Shown: positions 18,768-29,022 of the stretch, piece by piece
How the letters are laid out: every line of letters begins with the position of its first letter
How positions within the stretch are numbered: the stretch's first letter is position 1
Origin: Dehalococcoidia bacterium
GTDB taxonomy: Bacteria > Chloroflexota > Dehalococcoidia > Lucifugimonadales > UBA3495
Direction: 5' to 3'
Length of the DNA stretch: 64,000 nucleotides
NCBI GenBank assembly: GCA_030740155.1
Contig: JASLXV010000032.1
Location: 32,001-96,000 of the forward strand
Notes under the pieces: generated by a model
Told to the model about the DNA's origin: nothing
Seen by the model: the letters and a program-made list of their open reading frames with translations, nothing else
Databases searched by the model: none
Translations under genes and position numbers: made by a program

Positions 18768-18907
18768 TGGTGGTGGGATTCTCGATAGCAGCGGTTGGCG
18801 GCAGGTTTCGCCGACGCGGCGGGTGTTGGCAGGTGCCGCCATGCTACCGGATGGCAGTAGGTTTCGCAATTGTAGCTGATGGCAGCGGGTTTCGCCAACG
18901 TGGCGGC
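18768..18907. repeat. Degenerate tandem repeat, 5 x 28 bp
   Basis: Units start at 18768, 18796, 18824, 18852 and 18880; consensus about TGGYRGYRGGTTTCGCCRAYGYRGCGGN. Confidence 0.75.
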
Positions 18908-19178
18908 CGACGCTTTGGCCGACGTTTCGCTTTTGCAGCCGCCCGCCCGCCCGCCGTTTTCCAGTTGTGGGCATGATGATATACTTGGTGGCCGGTCCAA
19001 AAAGCGGCGGTTGCCCTTCTCTCCCACTCTTCAGTCGGTAATTCCGGGGGCGAGATGCGGGCGGACGGGGCCTCTTCGAGGGCGCTGATATCATAACCCC
19101 GGCGCTTGGCAGAGGGGAGCAGCCACCGCAATCTCCGCGGTGGGTGGCCGGAGCTAACCCTATTCTCTGGAGGACGGG

Positions 19179-20138
19179 ATGACCCTGTTTTTGAGCGAAA
19201 AAGAGGTGGTTCAACTGCTGCCCATGGGGGAGTGTATCCAGGCGCTCGACGAAGCCTTCGCCCACGCCGGAGCCGGCCAGACGGAGCTGAGGCCCCGCTC
19301 CCGCATTCGTATGCCCAACGGCTTCTTCCACTTCATGGCGGCGGCGGACGCCGGCCACCGGGTCTTCGGCTACAAGGCCTATCCCTCCTTCTCTGGGCCC
19401 AAGGGCAGCAAGAATATCGTTAACCTTTTCGACTTCGACACCGGCGAGCTGCTGGCCTGTATGGAAGGTGGGCGGCTGGGCCAGATTCGCACCGGGGCCG
19501 CCTCCGGCCTGGCTACCCAGTACATGGCCCGAGAGGGAGCCGCCAGCGTGGGCGTCATCGGCTCCGGCTTTCAGGCCCGTACTCAGCTGGAGGCGGTGTG
19601 CGCGGTCCGGACCATCCGCCAGGCGCGGGTCTTCAGCCGGCGCCAGGAGCGGCGGGAAGAGTTCGCGACCAAGATGAGCCAACAGTTGGGGCTAGAGGTG
19701 GTGGCGGTGGATAGCGCGGCGGCCTGCGTCGACGGCGTCGAGATCGTCGTGGCCGTCACCTCGGCCCGAGAACCGGTGTTGGAAGGCGAGTGGCTGGCTC
19801 CGGGCGCCCACGTCAACGCCGCCGGCGGCAACCACTGGATGCGCCGGGAAGTCGATGAGGCCGTGGTGACCCGGTCCGGGATAATCGTGGTGGACGACCT
19901 GGAACAGGCCAAGGCGGAGTGCGGCGACCTGATCTGGCCGGAGGCCAGGGGGAGACTCCGCTGGGACCAGGCCCACGAGCTTCAGGACGTGGTCGCGGGC
20001 CGGGTGCCGGGCCGGCCTTCCGAAGATGCCATTACCCTGTTCGAGTCCCAGGGAGTGGCCCTGGAGGACATAGCGGCGGCCCAGTTGGTCTACCGCAAGG
20101 CTAAAGAACAGGGCATCGGCCAGGAGTTGCCTTTCTAG
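19179..20138 (+). CDS. Ornithine cyclodeaminase/mu-crystallin family protein
   Basis: RTGAASGLAT, GVIGSGFQA, GAHVNAAG, TLFESQGVALED. Confidence 0.93.
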   Translation: MTLFLSEKEVVQLLPMGECIQALDEAFAHAGAGQTELRPRSRIRMPNGFFHFMAAADAGHRVFGYKAYPSFSGPKGSKNIVNLFDFDTGELLACMEGGRLGQIRTGAASGLATQYMAREGAASVGVIGSGFQARTQLEAVCAVRTIRQARVFSRRQERREEFATKMSQQLGLEVVAVDSAAACVDGVEIVVAVTSAREPVLEGEWLAPGAHVNAAGGNHWMRREVDEAVVTRSGIIVVDDLEQAKAECGDLIWPEARGRLRWDQAHELQDVVAGRVPGRPSEDAITLFESQGVALEDIAAAQLVYRKAKEQGIGQELPF

Positions 20139-20257
20139 GCGCGGCAAGCAACCGGGAGCGCAGGGTCAGTTCCCCCTCCCGAATTCACCCAATCAGACAT
20201 AATCAAGCGGCCCCGCGAACTTGGCCCCACTTTGGACGACAACGTTCCCCGGCCTGC

Positions 20258-21646
20258 CTACAGACCCAGCTTGCCGGGATTCATGATGTTGGCCGGGTCC
20301 AGGGTCTGCTTCAACGCCTTCAGGACATCGTGCCCCACGCCCATCTCCCGCGCCAGCAGGTGGTTGAGCTTCACCCCGACCCCGTGGCAGTACTCCATCA
20401 CGCCGCCCATGTCTTGAGCCAGGGACAAGACATGCTCCACCACCCGGGCCAGGTTGTCACGGAAGCCGCCGCCGGCGCCGGGTTCGGCCACCAGCAGCAT
20501 GGAAAACAGCTCCGGACGGCTCCAGATGGAGTACTCGGTGACCCTCACGCCGCTGCCGGCCATGATCTCGCCGCATCGCCTCCGGTATTCCAGCACCTTG
20601 GAGATGGGTAAGCTCAGGTGCAGGTAATCGAAGGCGTGCTGGCCCATCCGGTCCCAGCGGACCTGGCGCGGCAATCCCAGGGCGGTGCTCTTGTAGGTCA
20701 GCCCTGACTGGTGGCGGTCCTTCCAGTAGGCCAGCGTCGGCCCCGAGCCGGTGGCCCGGCCCTCGAAACCCAGGCAGACCTGCATCGACCGCTGCTCCTG
20801 GGCCGCTACTCCCTCCCGGAAGCCCTCGAAGAGAAGGAATAGTTGAATGCCATCGTCCTCCTCGGTCAGGTCGAACAGGGCCGGGCGAATCCCCAGGGCC
20901 AGCAGCTCGGCGGCGGCGGCGAACCCCTGGTCGAAGCTATCGAAAGAGGCGGAGACGAAGGCCTGGGCTTCCGGAACCCGGTAGACTTGGACCGTGGCCT
21001 TGGTGATGATGCCGAAGACGCCCTCGGCGCCGATAAACAGGTGGTTCAGGTTGGGGCCCGAGGAGTACTTGGGCACCGGCCGGGTGGCCATGACCCGGCC
21101 GTCGGGCAGCACCACCTCCAGCGCCACGACCTGTTGCCCCATTGGACCGTGGGCCGCCGCGCGGTAGCCCACCCCGTTGGTCGAGATGGCCCCGCCGACG
21201 GTGGCGATGGGAAGGCTGTACGGGTCGTGGCCGGGCATGAGGCCGCGTTCCGCCAGCTTCTCCTCCAGGTCTTGCAGCACCAGGCCCGCTTCGACCTCGG
21301 CGGTCAGGTCGGTGGGATTGATCGAGAGAACCCGGTTCATCCTTCCCAGGTCGACGATGATGCCGCCCCGCACCGGGATGGTGCCGCCCATGACACCGGT
21401 GCCACCCCCGTAGGGGACCAGCGGCGTCTGCTGCCGGACGGCCAGGGCCACGATCTCCGATACCTCTTTGGTCGAGTTGGGCCGGACCACGGCGTCGGCC
21501 AGCCGGTCGAAGGCCCCCTCGGCGCCAAAGGCCCGGAAGGGGGTCAAGGCGTCGGCGGAATACCGGTCGAGGTCGTAGGGGCCGGTCAGCAGGTTGGCCT
21601 GCCCGACGATATCGGCGAGGGATTGGGTGGTTAAGCTATCCAGCAC
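20258..21646 (-). CDS. FAD-linked oxidase (GlcD/D-lactate dehydrogenase-like)
   Basis: PYGGGTG, TVGGAISTNGVG, IGAEGVFGIIT, HGVG, DPANIMNPGK. Confidence 0.92.
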   Translation of the reverse strand: MLDSLTTQSLADIVGQANLLTGPYDLDRYSADALTPFRAFGAEGAFDRLADAVVRPNSTKEVSEIVALAVRQQTPLVPYGGGTGVMGGTIPVRGGIIVDLGRMNRVLSINPTDLTAEVEAGLVLQDLEEKLAERGLMPGHDPYSLPIATVGGAISTNGVGYRAAAHGPMGQQVVALEVVLPDGRVMATRPVPKYSSGPNLNHLFIGAEGVFGIITKATVQVYRVPEAQAFVSASFDSFDQGFAAAAELLALGIRPALFDLTEEDDGIQLFLLFEGFREGVAAQEQRSMQVCLGFEGRATGSGPTLAYWKDRHQSGLTYKSTALGLPRQVRWDRMGQHAFDYLHLSLPISKVLEYRRRCGEIMAGSGVRVTEYSIWSRPELFSMLLVAEPGAGGGFRDNLARVVEHVLSLAQDMGGVMEYCHGVGVKLNHLLAREMGVGHDVLKALKQTLDPANIMNPGKLGL

Positions 21647-21715
21647 GGGCTTCCCGGTTGCTCTTGAGCGGGCTGCTTATTGATCCTGGGTCTAAAACGA
21701 AGGGCCGGAACCTTG

Positions 21716-23086
21716 TTACTGGGGCCGGAACTGCCACTGGGCCCCCTCGGGGGTGTCCTCCACCGTCACTCCGTGGCGGTCCAGGCCTTCCCGAATCTGG
21801 TCGGCCAGGGCGTATTGCTTGGCCTTCCGCAGCTCGGCGCGGGTGTCCAGCAGAAGCTGGATGAAGGGCTCGGCCACCGGACGGTCTCCGTCTTCCGGGG
21901 CCAGGTCTTTGAAGGTCAGCCCCAAGAGGCCGCCCAGGTTGCGGAGGCAGTCCTGAGCGGCGGTGACGTCCTTCACGGCGCAGTAGCGGTTGATCTCCCG
22001 GGACAGGTCGAAGAGTGCGGCCACGGCCCGCGGCGTGTTCAGGTCGTCGTCCATCGCCTCGAAGAACCGCTGTTGAAAGGAGCTTGGGTCCAGGGGTTCG
22101 GCGCCCCCGCTGGGTCTGTCGAGGGCTTCTCGGAGGCGTCCCATGCCCCGTTGGGTGGCGGCACAGTCATCGTCGCTGTAGGATAGCCGGCTGCGGTAGT
22201 GGGAGCCGAGGAAGTAGAGGCGAATGGAATCGGGGTCGAAGCGATCCAGGGCTTCCTCCACCGATACCAGGTTGCCCAGGCTCTTGCTCATCTTGTCCCG
22301 GCCCAGTTGGAGCAGCCCGTTGTGGACCCAGTGGCGGGAGAAGGGCTCCCGGCCGGTGAAAGCTTCGCTCTGGGCGATCTCGTTCTCATGGTGGGGAAAG
22401 ATCAGGTCCGCGCCGCCGCCGTGGATGTCCAGCTCTTCGCCCAGATAAGTCAGCGACATGCTGGTGCACTCGATGTGCCAGCCGGGGCGTCCCAGACCCC
22501 AGGGGCTGTCCCACGCCGGCTCTCCCGGCTTGGCCCCCTTCCACAGCACGAAATCCATGGGGTTTTCTTTCTGCCGGTCCACTTCCACCCTGGCGCCGGC
22601 CATCATGCCGTCCAGGGTGCGGTGGCTCAGCTTGCCGTAGCCCTCGCCTCGGGCGACCCGAAAGTAGACGTCGCTCCCGGATTGGTAGGCGTAGTCCTTG
22701 TCCACCAGGCCCTCGATGGTGGCGATGATGGGCGTGATCTCCTGGGTGGCCCGAGGATAGACATGGGCGCGCTGAATGTTGAGGGCGTCCATGGTGTGGT
22801 AGAACTCGTCGATGTACTGGTCGGCCAGTTCCTCAACGCCCATGCCCCGTTCCTGGGCCCTCTGGATTATCTTGTCGTCCACGTCGGTGAAGTTCTGAAC
22901 GTGGCGCACCGAGTATCCCAGGTACTCCAGGTACCGGCGCAGCACGTCGAAGACAACGTAGCTGAGGGCGTGGCCCACGTGGGTGGACGAGTAGGGAGTA
23001 ACACCGCAGACGTACATCTTGACGTTCTTTCCGTCCGCGGGGGTGAATTCTTGGGCGGTACCGGCCAGGGTGTTGTAAAGCCTCAT
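21716..23086 (-). CDS. cysS: Cysteine--tRNA ligase
   Basis: MYVCGVTPY, HVGH, GRPGWHIEC, DIHGGGADLIFPHHENE, KMSKS; start MRLYNTL overlaps the ispF stop. Confidence 0.98.
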   Translation of the reverse strand: MRLYNTLAGTAQEFTPADGKNVKMYVCGVTPYSSTHVGHALSYVVFDVLRRYLEYLGYSVRHVQNFTDVDDKIIQRAQERGMGVEELADQYIDEFYHTMDALNIQRAHVYPRATQEITPIIATIEGLVDKDYAYQSGSDVYFRVARGEGYGKLSHRTLDGMMAGARVEVDRQKENPMDFVLWKGAKPGEPAWDSPWGLGRPGWHIECTSMSLTYLGEELDIHGGGADLIFPHHENEIAQSEAFTGREPFSRHWVHNGLLQLGRDKMSKSLGNLVSVEEALDRFDPDSIRLYFLGSHYRSRLSYSDDDCAATQRGMGRLREALDRPSGGAEPLDPSSFQQRFFEAMDDDLNTPRAVAALFDLSREINRYCAVKDVTAAQDCLRNLGGLLGLTFKDLAPEDGDRPVAEPFIQLLLDTRAELRKAKQYALADQIREGLDRHGVTVEDTPEGAQWQFRPQ

Positions 23087-23583
23087 AGCTCCGTTACTAG
23101 TGATGCTACCGCGCAAGCGGCGATGCCCTCTTCTCTGCCGATGAACCCCAGGTAATCGGTGGTGGTGGCCTTGATGCCGACGCGTGCCGGGGGTATCGAG
23201 AGGGCCGTGCCCGCCTGGTCTCGCATGGTCTGAACAAAGGTTCCAAGCCTGGGTTTTTGCGCCAGTATTGTAGCATCGACGTTGGATATGCGCCAACCAT
23301 CGGCCCGGACCATCTCCGCCACCGTGGACAGGAGGAGCAAGCTGGAAATGTCCTTGTACCGGGGGTCGGTGGACGGGAACTGGGAGCCCTTGTCCCTCAG
23401 GCCGGCGGCCCCCAGCAAGGCGTCCATCATGGCGTGCACCAGAACATCGCCGTCGCTGTGGCCGGCCAGTCCCAGGTGGTGGGGGATGTGGACCCCGCCC
23501 AGCACCAACCGGCGGCCGGACACCAGGGGGTGGGAGTCGAAGCCGATGCCCACCCGGAAGTCGAACGGTGTTCTTTCAGGCAT
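23083..23583 (-). CDS. ispF: 2-C-methyl-D-erythritol 2,4-cyclodiphosphate synthase
   Basis: RVGIGFDSH, GHSDGDVLVHA, KATTTDYLG, REEGIA. Confidence 0.97.
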   Translation of the reverse strand: MPERTPFDFRVGIGFDSHPLVSGRRLVLGGVHIPHHLGLAGHSDGDVLVHAMMDALLGAAGLRDKGSQFPSTDPRYKDISSLLLLSTVAEMVRADGWRISNVDATILAQKPRLGTFVQTMRDQAGTALSIPPARVGIKATTTDYLGFIGREEGIAACAVASLVTEL

Positions 23584-23675
23584 GTCGTGAGGCCCGGTGT
23601 GTCATGTCCGGGGTGTCATGTATTGAACGAATCGCAGATATTCTCGTGTCAAGTTTCTCATTGGGCCTTTATTCA

Positions 23676-23957
23676 TGTCATTCTGAGGCCAGGTGGAACT
23701 GGGGCGAGGAATCTCAGGCCGAGATTGTGAACCGGGCTCGGGCTCGCGCCGGCGGGAGGTCGCGTATCTGTAGCCCGTACCGGACAGGACCTGAGGCCCC
23801 TTGCTCTGCTCGGTGTGACGTGGAAGAGGCCGGCGCCGGCGGCCCCTCGCCTCGCTGGGGGTGACATCCTGTAACGATCAAGTTGACTGAGCACAAGCCT
23901 GGGGTGACGTTCAAGCAAATTGCACCTGAGACCCTTCGCTCTACACGGGGTGGCATT
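23676..23957. repeat. Degenerate REP-like elements between ispD and ispF
   Basis: TGTCATTCTGAG...GAATCTC left arm and decayed right arms (GAGACCCTTCGCT...GGGGTGGCA) resembling 31134-31217 and 38310-38376. Confidence 0.5.
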
Positions 23958-23977
23958 CAAGAAGCTTGCCCATCGGG

Positions 23978-24718
23978 TTAGATAGGGACGCCGGCCCGAG
24001 TTTGCAGGAACGTTGCGGCTATGGCCAAGTCTTCAGGGGTGGTCACTTTCAGGTTCTCGTAGGAGCCGCGAAACATCCTTACCGGGTGGCCCATGCTTTC
24101 CACCAGGGCCGCGTCGTCGGTCACCGTTTGGGCGCAGTTCTGGTGGGCTTCCAACAGCAGGTCATAGCGGAAAACCTGGGGGGTTTGAGCGGCCCAGAGG
24201 CGCGCCCTCGATGGGGTATCCGTCACCAAGCGCCGGGGTGACACCACCTTGATGGTGTCCTTGACCGGCACCCCGGCCGCCGAGGCCCCGGACTTTCGGG
24301 CCGCTTTCAGGCCCCGGCGCAGCATCGGCCGGTCCAGGCAGGGCCGGGCCCCGTCGTGGATGATGACCCAGTCGCAGGGGTTGAGGAACTCCAGGCCGCA
24401 CCGAACCGAGTCCTGGCGGCGGGGCCCGCCGGCGCAGACCCGGGAAACCTTGCGGTAGGCGCGCTCCCGCACCAGGCTGCTCCCTTGCTCCAGGGAACCT
24501 TGGTCCAGCACCAGGACTATCTCCGTCACCGGAGGGAAAGCCTCGAGGACATCCAGGGCGTAGGCAATCAGGGGCGCTCCCAGGACCGGGGCGAAGATCT
24601 TGTCGACACCGCCCATGCGGCTGCTGCTGCCGGCGGCCACCACCACCACTCCCATGGTATCGCCCTTCTCAAGGCCGGGGGGCTGTTCGTGAAACGCGGC
24701 CACGGACGGCTCAGCCAC
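23978..24718 (-). CDS. ispD: 2-C-methyl-D-erythritol 4-phosphate cytidylyltransferase
   Basis: AAGSSSRMG, GGPRRQDSV, IHDGARP, QTPQVF, TDDA, NLKVTTPEDL; exact start uncertain. Confidence 0.96.
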   Translation of the reverse strand: MAEPSVAAFHEQPPGLEKGDTMGVVVVAAGSSSRMGGVDKIFAPVLGAPLIAYALDVLEAFPPVTEIVLVLDQGSLEQGSSLVRERAYRKVSRVCAGGPRRQDSVRCGLEFLNPCDWVIIHDGARPCLDRPMLRRGLKAARKSGASAAGVPVKDTIKVVSPRRLVTDTPSRARLWAAQTPQVFRYDLLLEAHQNCAQTVTDDAALVESMGHPVRMFRGSYENLKVTTPEDLAIAATFLQTRAGVPI

Positions 24719-25760
24719 CCTTGGGCTGGGCGAAGATGATCCGCCCGGCGGCGGTCTGGAGCACCCGGGTCACCATCACGTCATGGTAGGCGTTGAGGTA
24801 GCGCCGGCCCCCTTCGACCACCACCATCGTCCCGTCGTCCAGATACGCTACTCCTTGGCCCACCTCTTTCCCTTCCTGGACGATGTTGACCCGCATCTCC
24901 TCGCCGGGCAGGACGATGGACTTGAGGGCGTTGGCCAGCTCGTTGACGTTCAACACCTGCACGCCCTGAAGCTCGGCCACGCGGTTGAGGTTGTAATCGG
25001 TGGTCAGGATGGGGGACTTCATCGTCCGGGCCAGTTGGACCAGCCGTGAGTCCACCTCGTCGCCGCCGCTGACCCCCACGTCCAGCACCTCCATGGGAAT
25101 GGTGTTGTCCTTGCGCAGGCGGCCCAAGACCTCGAGGCCCCGGCGGCCCCGGTTGCGCCGGAGGGGGTCACTGGAGTCGGCGATGTGGCGCAGTTCGTCC
25201 AAAATGAACCGGGGCACCACCAGGATGCCCTCCAGGAACCCGGTGATGCTCAGGTCGGCGATACGCCCGTCGATGATGGCGCTGGTATCGACCAGGATAC
25301 TCCCGTTACGGGATAGCCGGCCGGTCGTGTTGGTGGACTCCAGGGCGGGGAATATGGCTTGCAAATCCCGTCTACGGGCCACCCCGAGCCACAGGCCGCA
25401 TAGCCCCAGGATGAGGCTGACGATGACGGGCACGCCCCAGCCTTTCCAGCCATCCAGGCTGTACAGGGGGATGGATACCAGGGAAGCCACCACCAGACCC
25501 ACCAGCAATCCGACGGTGCCGGCGATCAGCGAGGACCCCGGAATGGAATCGAGGTAATCGGCGACCTTGCGCCAGGGTTTAATGGTCAGGTAGGGCGCCA
25601 GAAAGGCCCCTATGGGCAAGCCGGTGAGGGTTAGCGCCAACCCCCAGGGTAAGAACCGCTCTTCATCGTAGGATAATTCCGAAATAAATGCGCCAAGTCT
25701 CCAGCCAAGAACCCCGAATCCTCCGGCGCCCAGCGCTCTGAGCGTCAAAAGGGCAACCAC
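24711..25760 (-). CDS. Membrane-anchored PIN/TRAM domain protein (YacL-like)
   Basis: N-terminal TM helices, DTSAIIDGRI, ADSSDPLRRNRGRRGL, TTDYNLN, GVAYLDDGTMVVVE; usual position upstream of ispD. Confidence 0.93.
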   Translation of the reverse strand: MVALLTLRALGAGGFGVLGWRLGAFISELSYDEERFLPWGLALTLTGLPIGAFLAPYLTIKPWRKVADYLDSIPGSSLIAGTVGLLVGLVVASLVSIPLYSLDGWKGWGVPVIVSLILGLCGLWLGVARRRDLQAIFPALESTNTTGRLSRNGSILVDTSAIIDGRIADLSITGFLEGILVVPRFILDELRHIADSSDPLRRNRGRRGLEVLGRLRKDNTIPMEVLDVGVSGGDEVDSRLVQLARTMKSPILTTDYNLNRVAELQGVQVLNVNELANALKSIVLPGEEMRVNIVQEGKEVGQGVAYLDDGTMVVVEGGRRYLNAYHDVMVTRVLQTAAGRIIFAQPKGG

Positions 25761-26148
25761 GGGTCCTCACCTCCTTTCCAGCGGCCGTTTCGCGGAAAAA
25801 CGGCACCGGCCGTCGGGCGGGACATTCGCCCCCCTCGGGTGGATTAAGGCCCCTACCCGGGCCGTCCCCCAATTGGGCCGCGACGGAGCGGGGACACCCC
25901 CCGCCGGCCGGGTCCGGATTCTACCCTCCCACCGGCGGTTACGGGCACGAATTTGCCTTGCCGATGGGGCTACCCCACCACTCTGAGCATAACATAATCG
26001 GCAAAATTCCGGAAGATTGGGCCACGCCGGCGGAACCCGGCCGGATCCACCCCGTCTCTACCTTGTGACCGGCGGGGACCAGGTAGTGGATGGCCGGTTC
26101 CAAACCGCCCGGATTGGCGATAGCCGGGGCCGGCGGCCGGTTGGTCTG

Positions 26149-27363
26149 CTATCCCGGCACTTCGTCGTATTCGTCCCGGTCCCCGATGACCTGCTCCTCT
26201 TTGAACCGGGCCAGGTCCTCTTGGGAGTATCCCAGCAGGCCGCAGATCAGCTCCTCGTTGTGCTCGCCGACCCTGGGGGTCGAGCCGACGACGGCCGGCG
26301 TGCGGCTGAAGTGCCAGAAATCTCCGGACACGGCGATCTCGCCGGCCAGGAAGTCGGGCACGTCCACCATCGCCCGCCGCTCCCAAGGGTGGGGGTCTGC
26401 CTCCGCCAGGGGAATCGTGTTCACCGGCGCCGCCACCACGTCGTGCTTGGTGAAGTGAGCGATGGCCTCATCCATGGTCATGGTGGCCAGCAGGTCTTTG
26501 AGCGCCGCGTTCACGATGTCCCGGTTGGCGGCCCGCTCGGGGCGGGTGATGAACCGGGGGTCTTCCAGCCACTCGGGCTTGCCCAGGGCGTTGCAGACCC
26601 GGTGCCAGTGGTGCTGGTCGCCGGCCGAGAGGAGCACCCATCCCTCTTTGCAGGGGTAGATCCCGGTGGGCGGCGCGCCCGAGTCTCCCCGGGACGGCGG
26701 TTTCCGGTTCCCGTGGTAGGCGCTGACCGGAATCTCCGTGAGGCTGTAGCCGGTATCGGCCAGGCAGACGTCTATCGACTGTCCCTCCCCGGATACCTCT
26801 CTCTCGTGGAGGGCGGCCAGGGTTCCGATGGCGGAGTGGAGGGCGGTGATACGGTCGATGATGGGCACGCCGGTGCGGATGGGCGGCATGCCTTCTTCCC
26901 CGGTCACCATGGTGATTCCAGACATCGTCTGGCCGATGGGGTCGTAGCCGATCTTATCCCGGTAGGGGCCGAACTGGCCGTAGGCCGAGACGTTTACCAT
27001 GATGATCCTGCGGTTCAGCTCTTTGAGGACATCGTAGCTGAATCCCATCTTTTCGATGGTGCCGGGCCGGAAATTCTGTACAACTACGTCGGAGACCTTG
27101 ACCAGTCCGCGCAGGATCTCCTTGCCCTGCTCCTTTCGCAGGTCGATGCTCAGGCTCTTCTTGCCCGAGTTGTACTGGACCCAGTAGGAACTCTGCTTTT
27201 TTACCCAAGGGCCGTGGTAGCGAGTCTCCTCGCCCCCAAGGCGTTCCACCTTGATGACCTCGGCCCCCATCCGGGCCAGCACTTGGGCGCACCGGGGCCC
27301 GGCCTGGTGACGGCCCAGGTCCAGAACTCGGACGTTTTCCAATGGATGATTGAGGCTTGCCAT
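26149..27363 (-). CDS. Class III CoA-transferase (CaiB/BaiF family)
   Basis: AGPRC, MGAEVIKVE, NSGKKSLSIDL, DVVVQNFRPG, PIIDRITA. Confidence 0.95.
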   Translation of the reverse strand: MASLNHPLENVRVLDLGRHQAGPRCAQVLARMGAEVIKVERLGGEETRYHGPWVKKQSSYWVQYNSGKKSLSIDLRKEQGKEILRGLVKVSDVVVQNFRPGTIEKMGFSYDVLKELNRRIIMVNVSAYGQFGPYRDKIGYDPIGQTMSGITMVTGEEGMPPIRTGVPIIDRITALHSAIGTLAALHEREVSGEGQSIDVCLADTGYSLTEIPVSAYHGNRKPPSRGDSGAPPTGIYPCKEGWVLLSAGDQHHWHRVCNALGKPEWLEDPRFITRPERAANRDIVNAALKDLLATMTMDEAIAHFTKHDVVAAPVNTIPLAEADPHPWERRAMVDVPDFLAGEIAVSGDFWHFSRTPAVVGSTPRVGEHNEELICGLLGYSQEDLARFKEEQVIGDRDEYDEVPG

Positions 27364-27590
27364 AGCTGTCGAACCCCCCTTTTGCGGTCTCAGGCCATTT
27401 TACGACCGAGACGGCCAAAGAGCAAGGCGAGGCGAGATGCACCCGGAGATTGACGAATGGCCGCACGCCGGCCGGGCTGCCGGAAGAGTCGGTACTATCG
27501 CAATTCGAAACGGAAATTTGAAACCGCGATTTGAAACCGGTCGATGCGGGAGGCCCTAATTCAGGCGTCATACCTACCGGGTAACGGTTA

Positions 27591-27983
27591 CTAAGCCTCC
27601 GGCCTCTGTATCAGCTCCACGCTGACCTGGTCCGGAGCCACGATGAAAGCGACTTGGGAGCCCGAGGGCATGGTCCAGGGATCGCAGTTGAACTGGACGC
27701 CGTTGGCCCTCAGGCGGGCGGCAACCGCCGCCATGTCATCCACCTCGAAGCCGAAGTGGTCCAGACCGTAGCGGGGCTCGGTGGAACCCGGGACCGGGTT
27801 TTCACCCTCGGCTCTTCCCGAGATGGTCATCAACGGCCGGCCGTCCAGCTCCAGCTGAATCGACTTGGTGGTTGACAGGGGCCTCACCGAGGTGATCACC
27901 GCACCGAAATTGTCGCAGTAGAACTGGGCCGCCCCGTCCGGGTCCTCGCTTCGAAAATGCAGGTGGTTGCAGACAATTTTCAA
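27591..27983 (-). CDS. VOC (glyoxalase-like) family protein
   Basis: NHLHF, GLDHFGFEVDD, APDQVSVELIQ metal-ligand pattern. Confidence 0.88.
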   Translation of the reverse strand: MKIVCNHLHFRSEDPDGAAQFYCDNFGAVITSVRPLSTTKSIQLELDGRPLMTISGRAEGENPVPGSTEPRYGLDHFGFEVDDMAAVAARLRANGVQFNCDPWTMPSGSQVAFIVAPDQVSVELIQRPEA

Positions 27984-28015
27984 GGCACTTCACCTCAGCT
28001 ACGGAAAGATCGGCG

Positions 28016-28906
28016 CTACCGGGAAGTGGCTACTTGAGGGGTGATCACCAACACCGGGACACCGGAAGAGCGGATGATGGAGTCCGCCACGCTGCCGATT
28101 AGCAGCCGTCCCAGACCGGACCGTCCGTGGGAGCAGATGGCCACCAGGTTGTTCTGGGTATTCTTGACGTGGTCGATGATCGCCAGTGCCGGCGAGCCAC
28201 GCTCCACGGTGCAGGTCACGCTCAGGCCCTGCTCGCTGACGCTCTCGGCGATGCCGTTGAGGTACTGGGCCGCATCCTCCTCCAACTCCTGCTCAACGGG
28301 GGTGGTGTCCACCGGGCCGCCTTCCACGGCGTAGTAGGCCATGGTTCCCACCGAGACCACCCGCAGCAGCCGCAGTTCCAGGGCCAACTGTTGGGCGAGG
28401 TCTTGGGCGTATGACAGGGCCGCTTCCGCCACCGTCGAGCCGTCCAGGGGGACCGTAATGGTCTCCAAGCCGTAGCTGGGCTGGGAGCCGGCCTCCACGG
28501 CTTTGGGACTTAACGCCAGGACGGGAACGGTGGAAGAACGGACCACCCCGTCGGTCACGCTGCCCAGCAGACCGCGCCGTATGCCCGAGTGACCCCGGGT
28601 GCCCATGGCGATCAGGTCGTACCCGCCGCTCTGGCCCAGGGAGATGATTTGCTCCACCGGTTGGCCGGCCACCACCAGGACATCCGCCGCGACTCCGTCG
28701 GCGTCCAGGTGTTGGGCCTGCCGCCGGGCCTGGGCCTCCGCCTCGGCCCGCACCGCAGTTTCGGATTGGCGGGCGCGCGTTCCCGGCGCCACCACCGTAA
28801 ACAGCGTCACGCTGGCGCCCAAGCGCTTGGCGAAATTGCCCACGTAAGGCAACACGGAGTCTGCCACCTCGGAGCCATCAAGGGGGACCAGGATCTTCTT
28901 GTACAT
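28016..28906 (-). CDS. Universal stress protein, two tandem Usp domains
   Basis: Two VPLDGS starts and two G..G..R.L.GSV.D motifs. Confidence 0.94.
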   Translation of the reverse strand: MYKKILVPLDGSEVADSVLPYVGNFAKRLGASVTLFTVVAPGTRARQSETAVRAEAEAQARRQAQHLDADGVAADVLVVAGQPVEQIISLGQSGGYDLIAMGTRGHSGIRRGLLGSVTDGVVRSSTVPVLALSPKAVEAGSQPSYGLETITVPLDGSTVAEAALSYAQDLAQQLALELRLLRVVSVGTMAYYAVEGGPVDTTPVEQELEEDAAQYLNGIAESVSEQGLSVTCTVERGSPALAIIDHVKNTQNNLVAICSHGRSGLGRLLIGSVADSIIRSSGVPVLVITPQVATSR

Positions 28907-29022
28907 CTGAGCGAAATCCCTCCAGCATCAGTAAGCGGTCAGCTATCTGAGATCAGCCGCGGGCCGTCAATCCGAGGGCCCTGCCTGACCGCGCGGGTAT
29001 ATCCAAACCGGCCGGGCCGGTC

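Noticed and set aside
18768..18907. 28-bp array as a CRISPR
   Set aside because: Units are contiguous and degenerate with no unique spacers of normal length, and there are no cas genes in the window.
23087..23296. N-terminal extension of CysS in the ORF track, and similar extensions at 6224-6340, 9052-9201 and 14366-14791
   Set aside because: They overlap upstream genes or repeats and are low-complexity; family-typical starts lie downstream.
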